Assembly: GCA_904063045.1 (NCBI GenBank)
Contig: CAJFCJ010000005.1
Location: 2,123,988-2,187,987 of the forward strand
Source of the DNA: Dimorphilus gyrociliatus
Lineage: Eukaryota > Animalia > Annelida
DNA length: 64,000 nt
Direction: 5' to 3'
Positions 1-13,111 of the stretch are shown in pieces; position 1 is the stretch's first letter, and each line of letters begins with the position of its first letter. A program made the position numbers and the translations under genes. The notes under the pieces are model-generated. The model saw only the letters and a list, made by a program, of their open reading frames with translations, had not been told where the DNA came from and made no database searches.

Positions 1-515
<515 letters not shown>

Positions 516-626
516 AATGTTAATTTTTGTGTATGAAATAATACACTTGTAATGAAATGAAAATGTTTTTCGTGTATTTATTAGCTATATAAAAAACATA
601 CAAAACAAAAAATATTTGAGATAAAA

Positions 627-3600
627 TTAAAACTTAATTAGTTTATGAGCAGGAAACACAACTTCACTTATATCATCGTAGCCTCCAGAAATCAGCTTCT
701 CCTGATCAATCCTATTCCATAACCCAGTCTTATAATCACTATGCGCTTTCGAATTTAGCTTGTTTCTTTTGTTTCGTAGCAATAGTAGGAGGTTATCGTG
801 AAGAATATCTTGACATATTGCTTGTTGTTTTAACTCTTGTAAATTGTCCTTTCTACCAACAATTATACTAAGCGCTTGACGTACTTTATTGATGAGTTCT
901 AAATCCAATTCGGTTAATTCAACATCAAACTCCACTTCGATATCGTTATCGGGATGAATACTATTATTAGTGTCTATCTCGTAGCCTAGTCCACAAATAG
1001 CACCGACAATTTGCCCTCTCTTATTAATGCGATATTCAGCAAAAGGACAAAAGAGAAGTGGAACTAATGAAGTTAAACCACTAATATTTGGCAAGATTGT
1101 TGTGCTTCTCATCTGAAGTCTTCTACCAGTCAAGATCGAATCTCCTCCAACCATCATGCGCATTGTATCCTCACGCCAGCTATCGTCGAGGGGAACAGAG
1201 TTTACCGAATTGGGGCTCACGACTGTTGTTAATTGACTTCCAACTGAGGTCATCATTGTATATGTACTCTCAATTGGACTATAAGGTCCTTTTAGTTTAA
1301 CGATCCTGGATGGAAATATCGACCCATCCTTTCTTTTGTCTTCAAATTCTTTGACCAACAGAGCAGCGTTAGAGGAGAGCTTGTAGTTCTTATTTCTTTC
1401 AATCTGAGAAGGATCCTTTTGGTACTCTGACCTCTTTTCATGCTCTCTCTTTGATTGAGCAGTTTCCGGTAATTCCTTACAAATGTTGCGGTCTATTAAC
1501 CAACGATTCACGTTTAATTCTTCAATGTATAATGTAATTCTTATCTCATCGTTGATAACCGAATAAATTTTACCGACGACTGGAAGTGATTCTTGACCAA
1601 GTAATAAATCAGAAAAATGTTGATTTTGTTCCTGAGTATATGAACTGAAAGCAGGGCAAACACCCGCCAAACAGCATTTTAAAGCCTGACCCGGAATTTC
1701 TTTTATAGAATCTGGAAGAGCTTTTAATTTCCGTAACTCCACTAAATCAATATTACCATAATCAATATAAAAGACGCTTGCCATCTTCTTTGAAATATCT
1801 ATAGATCGAATTTTTGCTCTGTAATAGCAAACATTTCCGCTGCTATAATAGGGAGCCGCAACTAAAGAGCCTGTTCGAATTTCTTTCTCTCTTAAATATG
1901 TTACACTTTTATTTGCCATCTTATCAATGTATTTCAACTCCTCTTCGTAGTCCAAGTTATTTGCATAAAACAAATTACAATTTATAATGACGGTCGGTCT
2001 TAATGATAGTTTTTCTATATATGGAGAAAGTATAGATAATTCATCGTCAGCCTCAATGATAAGAGGGCTCCGTAGCGATCCATTTTGAAGAGAGAATTGC
2101 TCTCTTTCATCATCAATTTGTTTCATCCAACAAGACTCTTCTTCAGACGATACTCGATGTATCCTAAAGTTGTTTCCTTTGATATGTCCATACTTTACCG
2201 CCCTATATAGAACAGATGGAAAAGGCCATGTATTATTTATATCTTTAGGAAAATGTAATATCGCTTTCGATCCATCAATATCGAGTTGAACATCAGTATT
2301 TAAAAGTTTTTGACATTGCGTTCTCAGACTCTCCTTGTATAATATACCTTCTGGATAAGGTAAACCTTTAAGTAAGCAGCAAAGATCTGGATTACGCCCC
2401 GAAAGCTCTCTTCTAATATCGCATTCGTCAACGTTAGTTTTTACGAAATAGTTTGGATAAAACGAAGCTGAGAGCATAATCTTGAGGAGAATTTGCTCCT
2501 CTTCTGGTGGCATTCTCTTCCTTTTCACGCGAATGTGTATACCTTCACATTCCAAACGATATTTAATTTGTTCAACCTGTTGGTCTAATTCGTAAAGTTG
2601 CCTATACTGAAGGTAATTTCTCTTTGCCCATTCCTTTTCGCTATTCGTAACGTCTCGACGAAGTCTACCTCTGATCGTTCTCATACCTGAGGACTCTCCA
2701 AATTGTTTCCTATTTTTTTTCTCTCTCCAAGTCCTGTAAGCATTTAGAATGGCAATTGAATCGGACTGGCTATAGTTTGCCCATTTCAATTTGCAATTAT
2801 ACGATTCAATATCTTGCTGATAGGGTGTAGCAAATATTGAACGGCCACCTAAACCGGATGCTATAATGATGGCCTCTTCGAGAAGTCCGAAGGCGTGACC
2901 CATCATTATTAGCTTTCCAAATCTGACATCAATGGGTAATTTGCCAATCATTTCACCCAAATAAGACAATTCACCATCTGCAAAAGCTTCAACACTTGTT
3001 GAATCGACCGTAACATTGAACATGGCTCCAATTTCTCGAAGGGAAACAATTGTTCTACCAATATCTGACAAGTAAGGTGGATCGATGGCCAAACCTAGCA
3101 GAGCAGTAGGAGGCGTATCTGGTTCGAGTAATTTACTCTTTAAAACGAGGTGATCTAGAGAAACTCTCGTCATTTCTGGTTCTGTATAATCAGGTAACTC
3201 TTCATAGAATGATTTTGTAACCATTCGATAGCATCTACCAGACGAGACTCTTCCTGCTCGACCTCTTCTTTGGTTGCACGATGCCTTTGACGCCCATTCG
3301 AGAACAAGCGAAGTGATATTGGTAGCCTTATTACATCGGTTATATCTTGTTAGACAAAAGTCTAAGACATATTTAACGTCTGGAACAGTAATAGAACTTT
3401 CAGCAATATTTGTAGATAGAATAATCTTTCTTTCGTAACAATCACGTGACTCAAATACTTTATAGCGTTGTTCATGAATTGTCAAGTCCGAATGAAGAGG
3501 CAGAATATTCCATTTTTTTTCATTTTTATGCGATTCTAGGGCTGTTGTCATTTGACTAATTTCATATCGACCGGGTAAAAATACCAAAACACTACCACGG

Positions 3601-4893
3601 CTTTTCACCAAACCATCAGGACTTATCTCGTTCCTCTCTTTCATTTCCATTTTGTCAAATTCCAAAATTAAATTAACAGCAACTTGTAAAACTTTGTCTT
3701 GAATTTCGGGTTCATTAAAGTCAGGTAAGGATCCGGGTAAAATTTTGGTCAAATCATCTAAAAAGTATTCAGTTACGTCGAAAACTTTCTGATCAATTGT
3801 AAAGCTAGGAGCTTTGAAGATTTCACCCTGAGACACGTAATAGAAATAGTCTGAGAAATCAGAAGTTTCCATTGTCGCTGACATTAATACAACTTTGATA
3901 TTGGGCGATATCATATGTAGGAATTTTCTGACAATTAGCAAACAGAAGTCTGTATCTTCATCCCGTTCATGAATCTTTTTTGAACAAACAAACCCTTTAA
4001 TAAATTGAAATAGTGAGAAATCTTTAAATTAATATTCACCTCGTCCAATATTACATGAGTATAAGAGTTCATATTTTTCTCTTTAACAAGTTTCTGTAGT
4101 AAGACACCTGTCGTGGCATACGTAATGCAAGTTGATTCGCTCGTTAAACTCTCCAAACCAATTTGATGGCCAACTACTGTTCCAGGTACCCACTTTCTTT
4201 CATCACACACTCTTTTGGCAACTGTAACAGCAGCAATACGTCTTGGTTGCGTTACAATCATTTTACATGGAACATTTCTTTGACGACAATCGTCTAGAAT
4301 TGCTTGAGGTACTCTTGTCGATTTACCGCATCCTGTAGACCCTTTAATGATAACAACCGGGTGTTGTTTTATCATATCAGTTATTTCTTCAAGTGACCTG
4401 TCAATCGGCAAAGGAGTATGCCCGCTATAGTCATCAAAGTCAAATTTCCTATAAACTTTCATTAATTCTTCCTCATTGTAAAGTGGGAAATCATTTCCTT
4501 TCGTTGAAACCATGATGGAGTCTAACCCACCGGAAACAATACTCTGTCTATCATTATTTCTGGAGTCAATTTCGTCCATTAGTAATAGCTTTCTTTTATA
4601 ATCTTCTTGAACAGTTTCTCTCAAATGCTCACAGTCTAACCTTAGTAAAGTTGCGGAAAAAAGAATGTTAAACGCACATATGTCTATTCCTTTTGTAACG
4701 TATATTATAAATACCTTAGGAAGATAGGTTGGTGTGGTTTATAGGGCTCAATAAACAATGCTTTTTCATTATCAACCAGCTCATTTTTTACATCGGCTGG
4801 TTTCATATGGCCTGAAATTTTATTGTTACTAAAGAAGCTCAACATGTGCTTTAGGTCTGTATCATACAGAAAGTTGCAAGCCATGCTTTCCAT
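627..4893 (-). CDS. TDRD9: TDRD9/spindle-E DExH RNA helicase with Tudor domain (piRNA pathway); exons 4893-4715, 4640-4040, 3974-627
   Basis: Walker A GSTGCGKST, DE/IH across intron 3975-4039, SAT, QRRGRAGR, HA2-like region, Tudor YYRAKI...VFYIDYGN; GT-AG introns 4641-4714 and 3975-4039 join the ORFs in frame; start codon choice (4893) is inferred. Confidence 0.93.
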
Positions 4894-5343
4894 TTTCTTT
4901 GCCAATTTTATAGCAAAGTTCTGAAAGTTACCATAAACGTGCTACACGGCAAATGAGTTTTTATAAAATAGAGTAGTACTCTGTGGATAAACTACCGTTT
5001 AAGATAACTCAAAATGGCCGTAATATTACATATTATCACGCCATTTTGAAAAGTACTAATTATTTTTTGTGCCATTACGTAACACGCATAAAAAATCCTG
5101 GTGTACGCTCTAGCATGAGTCATCAAATTTTCGAACAATCCAAAATAAAGTTTATTTTCAACAAGTCTTTTATTTTTATAAGATATTTATTTAGCATTTA
5201 TTATAAAATATAACAGAAAACATAAAGAAAAACAGAAAATTAACACAATTAATATATTAAACGTATTTTCATGGCATAAATCTGAAAAAAAGAAAATGTT
5301 TCGGTTATTTGAACATCATATTAAAAAAAATACATATAATGCT

Positions 5344-5490
5344 TCAGTTTGCGTTTGCTTTAGCCAAAATGTAAATTACAATTATCGTATTGAAAGATAA
5401 TTGTCAGTACGGTTTTTGGCAAAGCAATTGCTGTATATTTACCTCATAAACTCTTCGTTGACGTAAGTTTGCTGTATTTAAATTTCATCA
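5344..5490. ncRNA. Candidate structured non-coding RNA (two adjacent hairpins); class unassigned
   Basis: Inverted repeat TTGCTTTAGCCAAAA(5355-5369)...TTTTGGCAAAGCAA(5414-5427) enclosing a perfect ACAATTATC/GATAATTGT stem; weaker second hairpin about 5426-5479; on the minus strand TGATGA (5490-5485) and CTGA (5347-5344) bracket the region. Confidence 0.3.
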
Positions 5491-6953
5491 GTCAGCTCTG
5501 TATTGGTAAAGATAAGAATTAGATAAAAATTTATAAGAATTTTTAAATAAAAAGTCTATGGGATATGTAATCAGCAAGGCGTTTCTCAACACAATTGTTC
5601 AGAGACTCTAGTCTTAATTACCTAATTCATCATTTAAAAACCTAATATACAAATTTATAAAATTGAACTTACCACTAACTTCTCAATTGTGAAGCCGTTG
5701 CGCATTTCTCTTCACTTGGAAGTTCTGTAAGGGATGAAAAAAACTTGAAAAAAATGGTAACAACTTTGAAAATTTCAATAGATCTATTCTTTGAATTGTG
5801 CGAGCGATGTCAGCACATAAGACACTTGATGTATCTTATGCTTCCTAGACTCTAAAAATTGATTTTATCCCAACTCTGGCGGTGAATTATTAGCCCTATG
5901 TTGACTAATTTCACAGTGGCAATAGTGGGATGTATTTGAATTTAACTGATAAAAAAAATGGAGTAAGCGTGCATACCTGAACATGACCTAGTTAGCTCGA
6001 TACTGTGTTCAAAGCCGTTTTGGATACTATAGCAGTAATGTATGATTGCCTTCCTCAAATCTTTGCTGCTGGCTCGAAAATTAATTTGAAATGTCGACTT
6101 TGAAGCATAGTTCCTCTAACGTAACTTGTCCCTCTGAGCAAAAGCCTTTTGTGTTTCATGCCGACTCTTATGGCTACTGCTACTGTAGAACATGTTTCGT
6201 TCACTAGAAACAAGTAAAATACCGTATAATTAAAGGTCTAGAACAAGAAAACAACAACTACTTACAGATTTTAAGTTGACCACGTGGAATGCTTCACAGA
6301 AAGAGGAAGAACATGGCGTATCGCGCCTCTTTTATACACTATGGGTAGGCCTAGAATACGGAATTTTTTTCATACTTTTCGTATTTTTAATAGAAATCCA
6401 AGAAATTTATTCAAGGAAAAACGTTAATAAATATAATTATTTACATTTTTACACAAATCGTTGAATTCTGCTCAGAAAATTGCACAGTAAAAAAGTTTTG
6501 TAAAGTGTTTCCTCGGTATATCTAAAACAGGTGTAGAATTGGATTAAACTTTTAAAAGTATATGCTTATTTTACTATTAAATACAGAATAATTTATTTAA
6601 TAGTATTAATATACTGAAATATATTAATTAAAAACACGGAGTTTGTTTTACTATTGTTTCTAAGATATTGTGTATTCTCTTTCTTTATCTATCAGTTGTA
6701 AATTGGTTCTATAGTACTAATAATAATAATAATATATGAAAATAAACTGAAAATGAAGTTATGTTTGTTATTAATACATTACTGTTGTTGATACAACAAA
6801 CAATAACCGACTATTATCAATTGATCATTGAATGAAAATTTAAACCATAAAATGTAAAAACAAATTATAAAAACTGCTTGAAAACTTTCCATGCAATTAG
6901 GCCCATTTTTCTAATTGCTGTTTATAAAAGACCTAATCAATTAAGTTACAAGT

Positions 6954-8996
6954 TTATTTATCATTTGGTCTTACAAATATAAAAGTTGCAGTGAGCACGT
7001 TGAGAATAGCATAGATACAGAAGAGAAATCTGTCGACAATAGATGCTAACAAGAGCCAATTTTTTATTCTATGATTATATTCTATTCTTTGACTGTTTGA
7101 AGTTGTTTCCTTATAAGATAAACTCTGATTATTCACAACGTCTTCGAAATTCTCTCTTTCGTTATAAACGTAATAGGCCTTCGGTACAAGCAAAATCTTT
7201 GCTAGTCTTAATAGATTTCTCTGGAAAACAAAGCTCTTCTTTATAATTTGTTATTATTTCTGTAATGGAGTGTTCACCTTTGATTTATCACTTATTTGAA
7301 AATGAAAATCTCCTTCCTCCTTTAGAGCTATGTTATAGACCACAGTTGAAGTTAGGATGTTTAACGCTATAATAATTAGGCTAGCTATAAATAGTTCTCC
7401 TGCAAACAAGTCCAAGATATTAAAAATGGATAAATGCAATATTTTAAAGAAAGAATAACTTACCAACAGCTGGTAGCTTGCTCCCTTCTGGAATATGTTC
7501 TACAACGATTAACAAAAGAACAAAATAACTAAGGAAAATACTGAGTGCTAAGCTTATTTTCTCATAAGAACTTGGTGGTAGGAAAGCTGCTAGTAAGTTA
7601 ATCATCATAAGAATACAACAAGGTAGTAATAGAACAATTGATAAAAGTGCTGCGTTTCTTTTAAGATATATTTTAAATTCTAATATTGTAAAATCTTCCT
7701 TCAAACAACAAATCATTTGATATTTTACATTTCTTATGAGTCTTTGTTCTGTTTTAGTAATCTCCCATTCATCCCCTTTGGAAGTTGTATATCTAAAGGT
7801 ATCTATGGATAAATTATCCCATTTTGCAAATTTTAAAAATACTTCTTTATTTGTATGTACCCAATTACCAAATGACAGTTTGCAAACCTATATATAATAA
7901 ATGATTTCATACAAATTATTAAATAAACGGAGAAAAGATTTAAACATCAAAATATACTTGTTTATCGTATGGAAAATAAGTAACGTCAACATGGCATGGA
8001 GTTGTGTATATGCCTCTGGGATACCAGCTCACTCGACCAGTTGATTCTACGATAACTTCTGTTATAGGGCTTTCGTCTTGCTCTTTTTTAATTCTTAAGA
8101 GAGAAAGAGAGGGAATTTATTAGAGAAGTGTAGGATAAGTAGGAAGAGATGACGTAAGAGACTTAGCATTCTTACACGCGTTAGTATAAAGATTGATATA
8201 AACTATCTTTCTTCAAACAAATAATCGTACGTATAGAGTTGCCCTTAGAAGAAAAATACCAGAGTTTATTTTTAGCAAAACTCCAAACCTATACCCTCTT
8301 GAAGAGGTAAGTATATACCGATTATTATGAAACTTTCATTCAAATAAACTAATTAATTAATTTCATTAAGTTTTATTAAATCACTTACAATTGGATTATT
8401 CTTATCGTTGGTTTCCATATTTGCGTATTATCTATTTGAACACGACGAATTCCATGATAATCTGCCTCGTTCCATTTTAAATACTCGTCGTACCAAATAA
8501 TACTTAATTCAATGAGGGCAGTTAAAGCATGTTCTTTGGCTTTTAAATCAAGCAAGCGTTTAATATTTAATCTAAATGTTACGTAGACTGCAGCGGATTC
8601 GTTCTAAAATAGGAAACAAAAAAAACACAATCAATGATTTAATAGTTAATTGAAACACCTTTTTTAAAAAACTAAAATATTCATACAAGGACTGGTCTGG
8701 CAAATCGATGACTTTTCTTATATTGGGATTCCAAGTGTTGTACAACACTTCCTTCATATGTTCCTTCTATTTTATTTTCTATACTGTATCCATTCAAAAA
8801 CATTCCATTATTTTCAAAGCATTGAAATGGCAAAGTAATAATTAGGTTGTTCACAAATTTTAACTTACAAAATGTTGAATATTAATCCAATTAGAACAAA
8901 TTTTATAAAATAAGATGATTTTGAACTGTTGTATATAAGATAACAATTTAAAAGAGACGCAAGTATCCTATTTCCATTTTCTCCAACTCTGCCCAT
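6954..8996 (-). CDS. Divergent nicotinic acetylcholine receptor-like Cys-loop cation channel subunit (alpha-type vicinal CC); exons about 8996-8869, 8783-8687, 8603-8389, 8093-7958, 7887-7464, 7399-7278, 7201-6954
   Basis: Spliced product contains SVVQHLESQYKKSHRFARPVL, WYDEYLKWNEADYHGI...IWKPTI, Cys-loop CHVDVTYFPYDKQ/VC, FGNWVH, loop C MICC, TM1 LLSIVLLLPCCIL, M2 EKISLALSIFLSYFVLLL, TM3, TM4 WLLLASIVDRFLF; splice phases are all consistent; the exact start codon is uncertain. Confidence 0.9.
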
Positions 8997-9930
8997 GTTT
9001 ACTTATCCACAATTGAAAGAGAACTGGAAAAAACCCTCAAAGCAAGTCTAAACTTAGCTAACCGCTTTATGAAAATAACTCTCACTAGGCCGATAAATAC
9101 ATCAAATTATAGTCACATGGGGGGAAAACGTGACTCCGAAAAGACATATTTTAAGAAGAGAAACATGGGAAAGAATAAATATTTCGATAGACAGGCACAG
9201 TATTATGACTATATTAAGCAAGTAGAGAATACAGAATGGTTTTTCGAATATATAAATATATTGTAGAATCAATAACAAACCATTTTTTATCTTTATTAAA
9301 ATATAATTGCTACTTTAAACACCAATTTCAAGTTACTGATAACCTTGTTACCTTTATTCCCCTCTTTTTTTTAAATAATGTATACTTGAAATTGATTATT
9401 GATTAATTCTTTGAAATTTTCAAAATTAATTCAGATCGAAATATTGCTTTCTATTTTTGGATTTCTGAGAAATAAATGATAACCTTTGGGTAAAGTTTGC
9501 ACCAAATCGACTGTAGATGTAGTACCAACTGTTTAAACTCCCATTTTAATCTCTCCAATTATAAATAGCGTAAGAGATCAACATTTGCTACAAAAGAGAG
9601 AATACTGTATCGTAAATCTTGTATCATTTCATTTGCTTCACCTTTTCCTCTCCTACCTCAGGTAGACTGTTGTTTATAATCCATTCTGAGTAAATGACAA
9701 AACGTAAATTCTTTCTAGATGCATTGGATGTGCTGGACCTGGTTTATCTCTTAAAGGGTTTATTATGATTGAAAATGAAAATAGCTGGAACGTGGATTGA
9801 AGATAAATATATAATATAGATTGAATAGACAATGCTTTAGGAGACGGAATAATTGGCTTTTAATTTTGTTATTTAATACAATAACCAATATTATAGCCAA
9901 GATATATCATATTTTAATAATTTAGATTCT

Positions 9931-9955
9931 CTTCTTCTTCTTCTTCTTCTTCTTC
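9931..9955. repeat. (CTT)8 microsatellite
   Basis: Perfect CTT run read directly from the sequence. Confidence 0.95.
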
Positions 9956-10677
9956 GAATTACGCACTACTGTTAATCAAACCAATTAAATCCATTGCACA
10001 TAATTAATTTTTAGACGGAAAAGTTAACTTTCAATTACCCAAAAAGGGTAGAATTCTATCATAAAAATTCTTAGAATGTTGAGAAAAGGGCTTTTCCATT
10101 ACTGCAAAAAAAGAAAACCTGCATCATTATTATGAAAGTATAACATATATGTGCAGCTAAAAAATAAAATTTTTCACGAAATAGGCCTATTAGGAGTAAG
10201 AAAGAGCGAAAAATATCGATTATATAGTTGATATAAAATATTAAACGTATTAGATATTTTAGGTCAGCTAATTAATAGAAATTTTAGTTAATTTATTATT
10301 ATGATCTGTATTTCTTATGTAATATCGACCAATTAAAGAATACACATAAGCATGTACACATACAATTCATTGCATATTCTATATATTAGATAATAATACG
10401 TTTACTTATTCTATCAGATGAGATATGAATTTAAATGATTTAGGCCTGTATACGTTAATTGATAGCAATTTTCTTTCATAATATGTTTTCTTCTTTATTA
10501 AACAACCCATTTTTGTTGATAAATTTAGGTAAAATAATTAGAACAATTGGAATAACCTATGACCCAAAATAGGTTATTGCCTATAGAATTCTATCATTAG
10601 AAAATGAGTCATACCTAGTCATACCGACAGTATATATATAGGCAGGTTATCGTCAAACTGAAATTGAAGCCTTTCAG

Positions 10678-12944
10678 ATGAACATGGTAAATTTGCAAGT
10701 TTTGCTATCATTACTCGTATTTACATTGGTAAACTTGGTTCAATCTTTTCCGGATGGATCAGAAAATTATCATCGTAACGTTACGCTGAAATATCCAAAC
10801 TTTTATAGAGTTTTATGGAAATTTGATGATAAAGAAATTACTTTTGAAGTTCAAGTAAAAACTAAAAGTTGGGTAGGATTTGGTCTCTCTCCAAATGGAG
10901 GGATGAAAGGTAGCGATATAATTATTGGTAGAATTAATCAAGATAAAGTTTTCTTTGAGGTAAAATTTATCTTCAAAACTTTCATTTCTATAATAATTAC
11001 AAGAGAATAATACGAATAGGATCGTCACGCTAAAGGTGAATTTGAACCTATTAGAGATAAACACCAGGATTGGATATTAATATTTGGAAAATATGTTAAT
11101 GATTATACAGTATTAAAATTCAAGAGGAAAATCCTAACATGCGATCCGGAAGATAGAGAAATAACTGTAAAAATTTGTTTCTTATTCAAGATTTACTTTT
11201 AATCATTTTGAATATTTTAGCACGGAACATCAAGATTAATATGGGCTTATGGTGACGATAATTCCAACGATAATCCAAACGTTTTTAACAAACATAAAAA
11301 TGATAATAGGGGAACTTTTAGTGTTCAATTGTTGTCGTTTTTAGTACCGGAAAATCACGATGATCTTCTCAAAGATACTAGACCAATTGATTTTCGTATG
11401 AATAATGTAATTCATCTAAACAATTCTTAATATAAGATAGGATTACATAACTTTTTTTCCAGTTTTCACTTCCGGCAAATAGGCATACATTTTATCAATG
11501 TGAGATGATTAAATTTCCGAAATTATCGGGAAAGCATCAGATTATATCTGTAAGAATTTATTGTATATATTTGAATGAACTTTTATTAATATAGTTAAAC
11601 TACAGATTGAACCGATAATTGATGAGAATCATTCGCATTTGATTCATCATCTCCTACTAACAGGATGCCATCGAAGTCATAATATTACAGATGAACATGT
11701 TGGTCAAAGTTACGAGTGTTACGTTGATGAAATGAACATGAGAACTAAATTTGACAAGTGTGATAAAATGATTTATACTTGGGCTGTGGGAGGGAGTGTA
11801 AGTATCATTTATACAGTATACAATAGCCTCTAAGATTGTTACTGATTTTAGAAATTCTTCTTTCCTGACGATGTTGGATTTCCATTGGGAGGGGATGATG
11901 ATCCAATTTATGGAAAATTGGAAATTCATTACGATAATGTTGATTATCAGGCTAACGTTACTGATAGATCTGGTGTTCGACTACATATTACTGATAAGCT
12001 TCGTAAATATGATGCTCAAGCACTTCGAATTGGACATGCAGTAACTCCATTTCAAATAATTCCGCCAAAATCAACAAATTTCTTATCGGTTGGAGTTTGT
12101 CCTGAGCGTTGTATGGATCAGGTGAATAGAACAATGCAAATATATTTTGTATATAGTTGATATATTTATAAAACAAATGAATTATTAATTAAGGTCTTTA
12201 ACGCTGCTGGCATAAGGGAGATAAAAGTGTTTCTTACTCTAATGCACGCACATTTAAGAGGAGTTAGCATAGTTCTAAGACACTACAGAAATGGCATTGA
12301 ATTAGAACCAATAACAAATGAAGAATCATACGATTTTAATTTTCAAGAATTCAATCTTTTAACAAAACCAAGAAGCGTTCAATTGGTAAAAGGAATTCTT
12401 TTAATTAGCATTTACTCTAATTTATTCAAAAAATTCTATTCTTTTAAGGGTGACCGACTAGTTTTAGAATGTTTTTATGATACAAAAAAAGATGATCAAG
12501 CAATTTACGGTGGCTTGTCAACAAATGAAGAAATGTGTTTGGCATTTTTACACTATTATCCAAAAATTCCTTTAAGCGGTTGCGAAAGTAGGCCACCTTA
12601 TAACCAAGTATCTGAATTTTTTAATCCAAACAAGACAATAGATTGGAATGATCTGGCAACTAGGAAAAAGTTACAAAATATAGCCTATTCAAATAAGATT
12701 GTTATGGAATGCGAAGATGGAAATATTGAATATGAGGTATTTTAATAATTATCCTCTATTTGTTATCTTACTCATTCTCTTCTTTTTTATTTTAAAGGAT
12801 AACAGGCAAGAAATAGAGATAAGTAAGACGAAAACAAAGTATAAAAGTGACAAATGCAAAAATTACCAATTAAACTCAGCTGTGTATCACTATCCTAATT
12901 GTTTTGTCATTTTTTACGTGTTTTTATGCCTTAGATTGCTGTAA
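10678..12944 (+). CDS. MOXD1: MOXD1/DBH-like copper type II monooxygenase, copy A (single DOMON + monooxygenase module, 9 exons, C-terminal hydrophobic tail)
   Basis: Signal peptide; DOMON WVGFGLSPNGGMKGSD; Cu ligands IHH, EIHYDN, MHAH, EEMC; eight phase-0 GT-AG introns (first 10960-11019, last 12738-12798); ends CFVIFYVFLCLRLL*; symbol is family-level, orthology untested. Confidence 0.9.
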
Positions 12945-13111
12945 ATTAGATAAAGTATATACTCTGTTCTTTTTATATATCACGTGATTAGACCTCGTTT
13001 TACACAACTCAATTTCATACGTTTGATTACTCAAAAATACATTGTATTTCACTTGAACAGTAGTTTTGCTGTTGGCAACACAGTTTTTAATTTTGCTGTT
13101 CATTTTTTAAA

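Noticed and set aside
5478-5495. CTGATGA on the minus strand as a hammerhead ribozyme core
   Set aside because: No stem II followed by GAAA and no stem I/III arrangement
8572-8757. Minus-strand 61-aa ORF MKEVLYNTWNPNIR...
   Set aside because: Wrong frame: the receptor exons in this interval (8783-8687, 8603-8389) use another frame that gives the nAChR motifs
10049-10597. 14-bp direct repeat TAGAATTCTATCAT (10049-10062, 10584-10597) upstream of monooxygenase A
   Set aside because: AT-rich, two copies only, and not clearly shared with the B or C promoters; could be chance or a minor site
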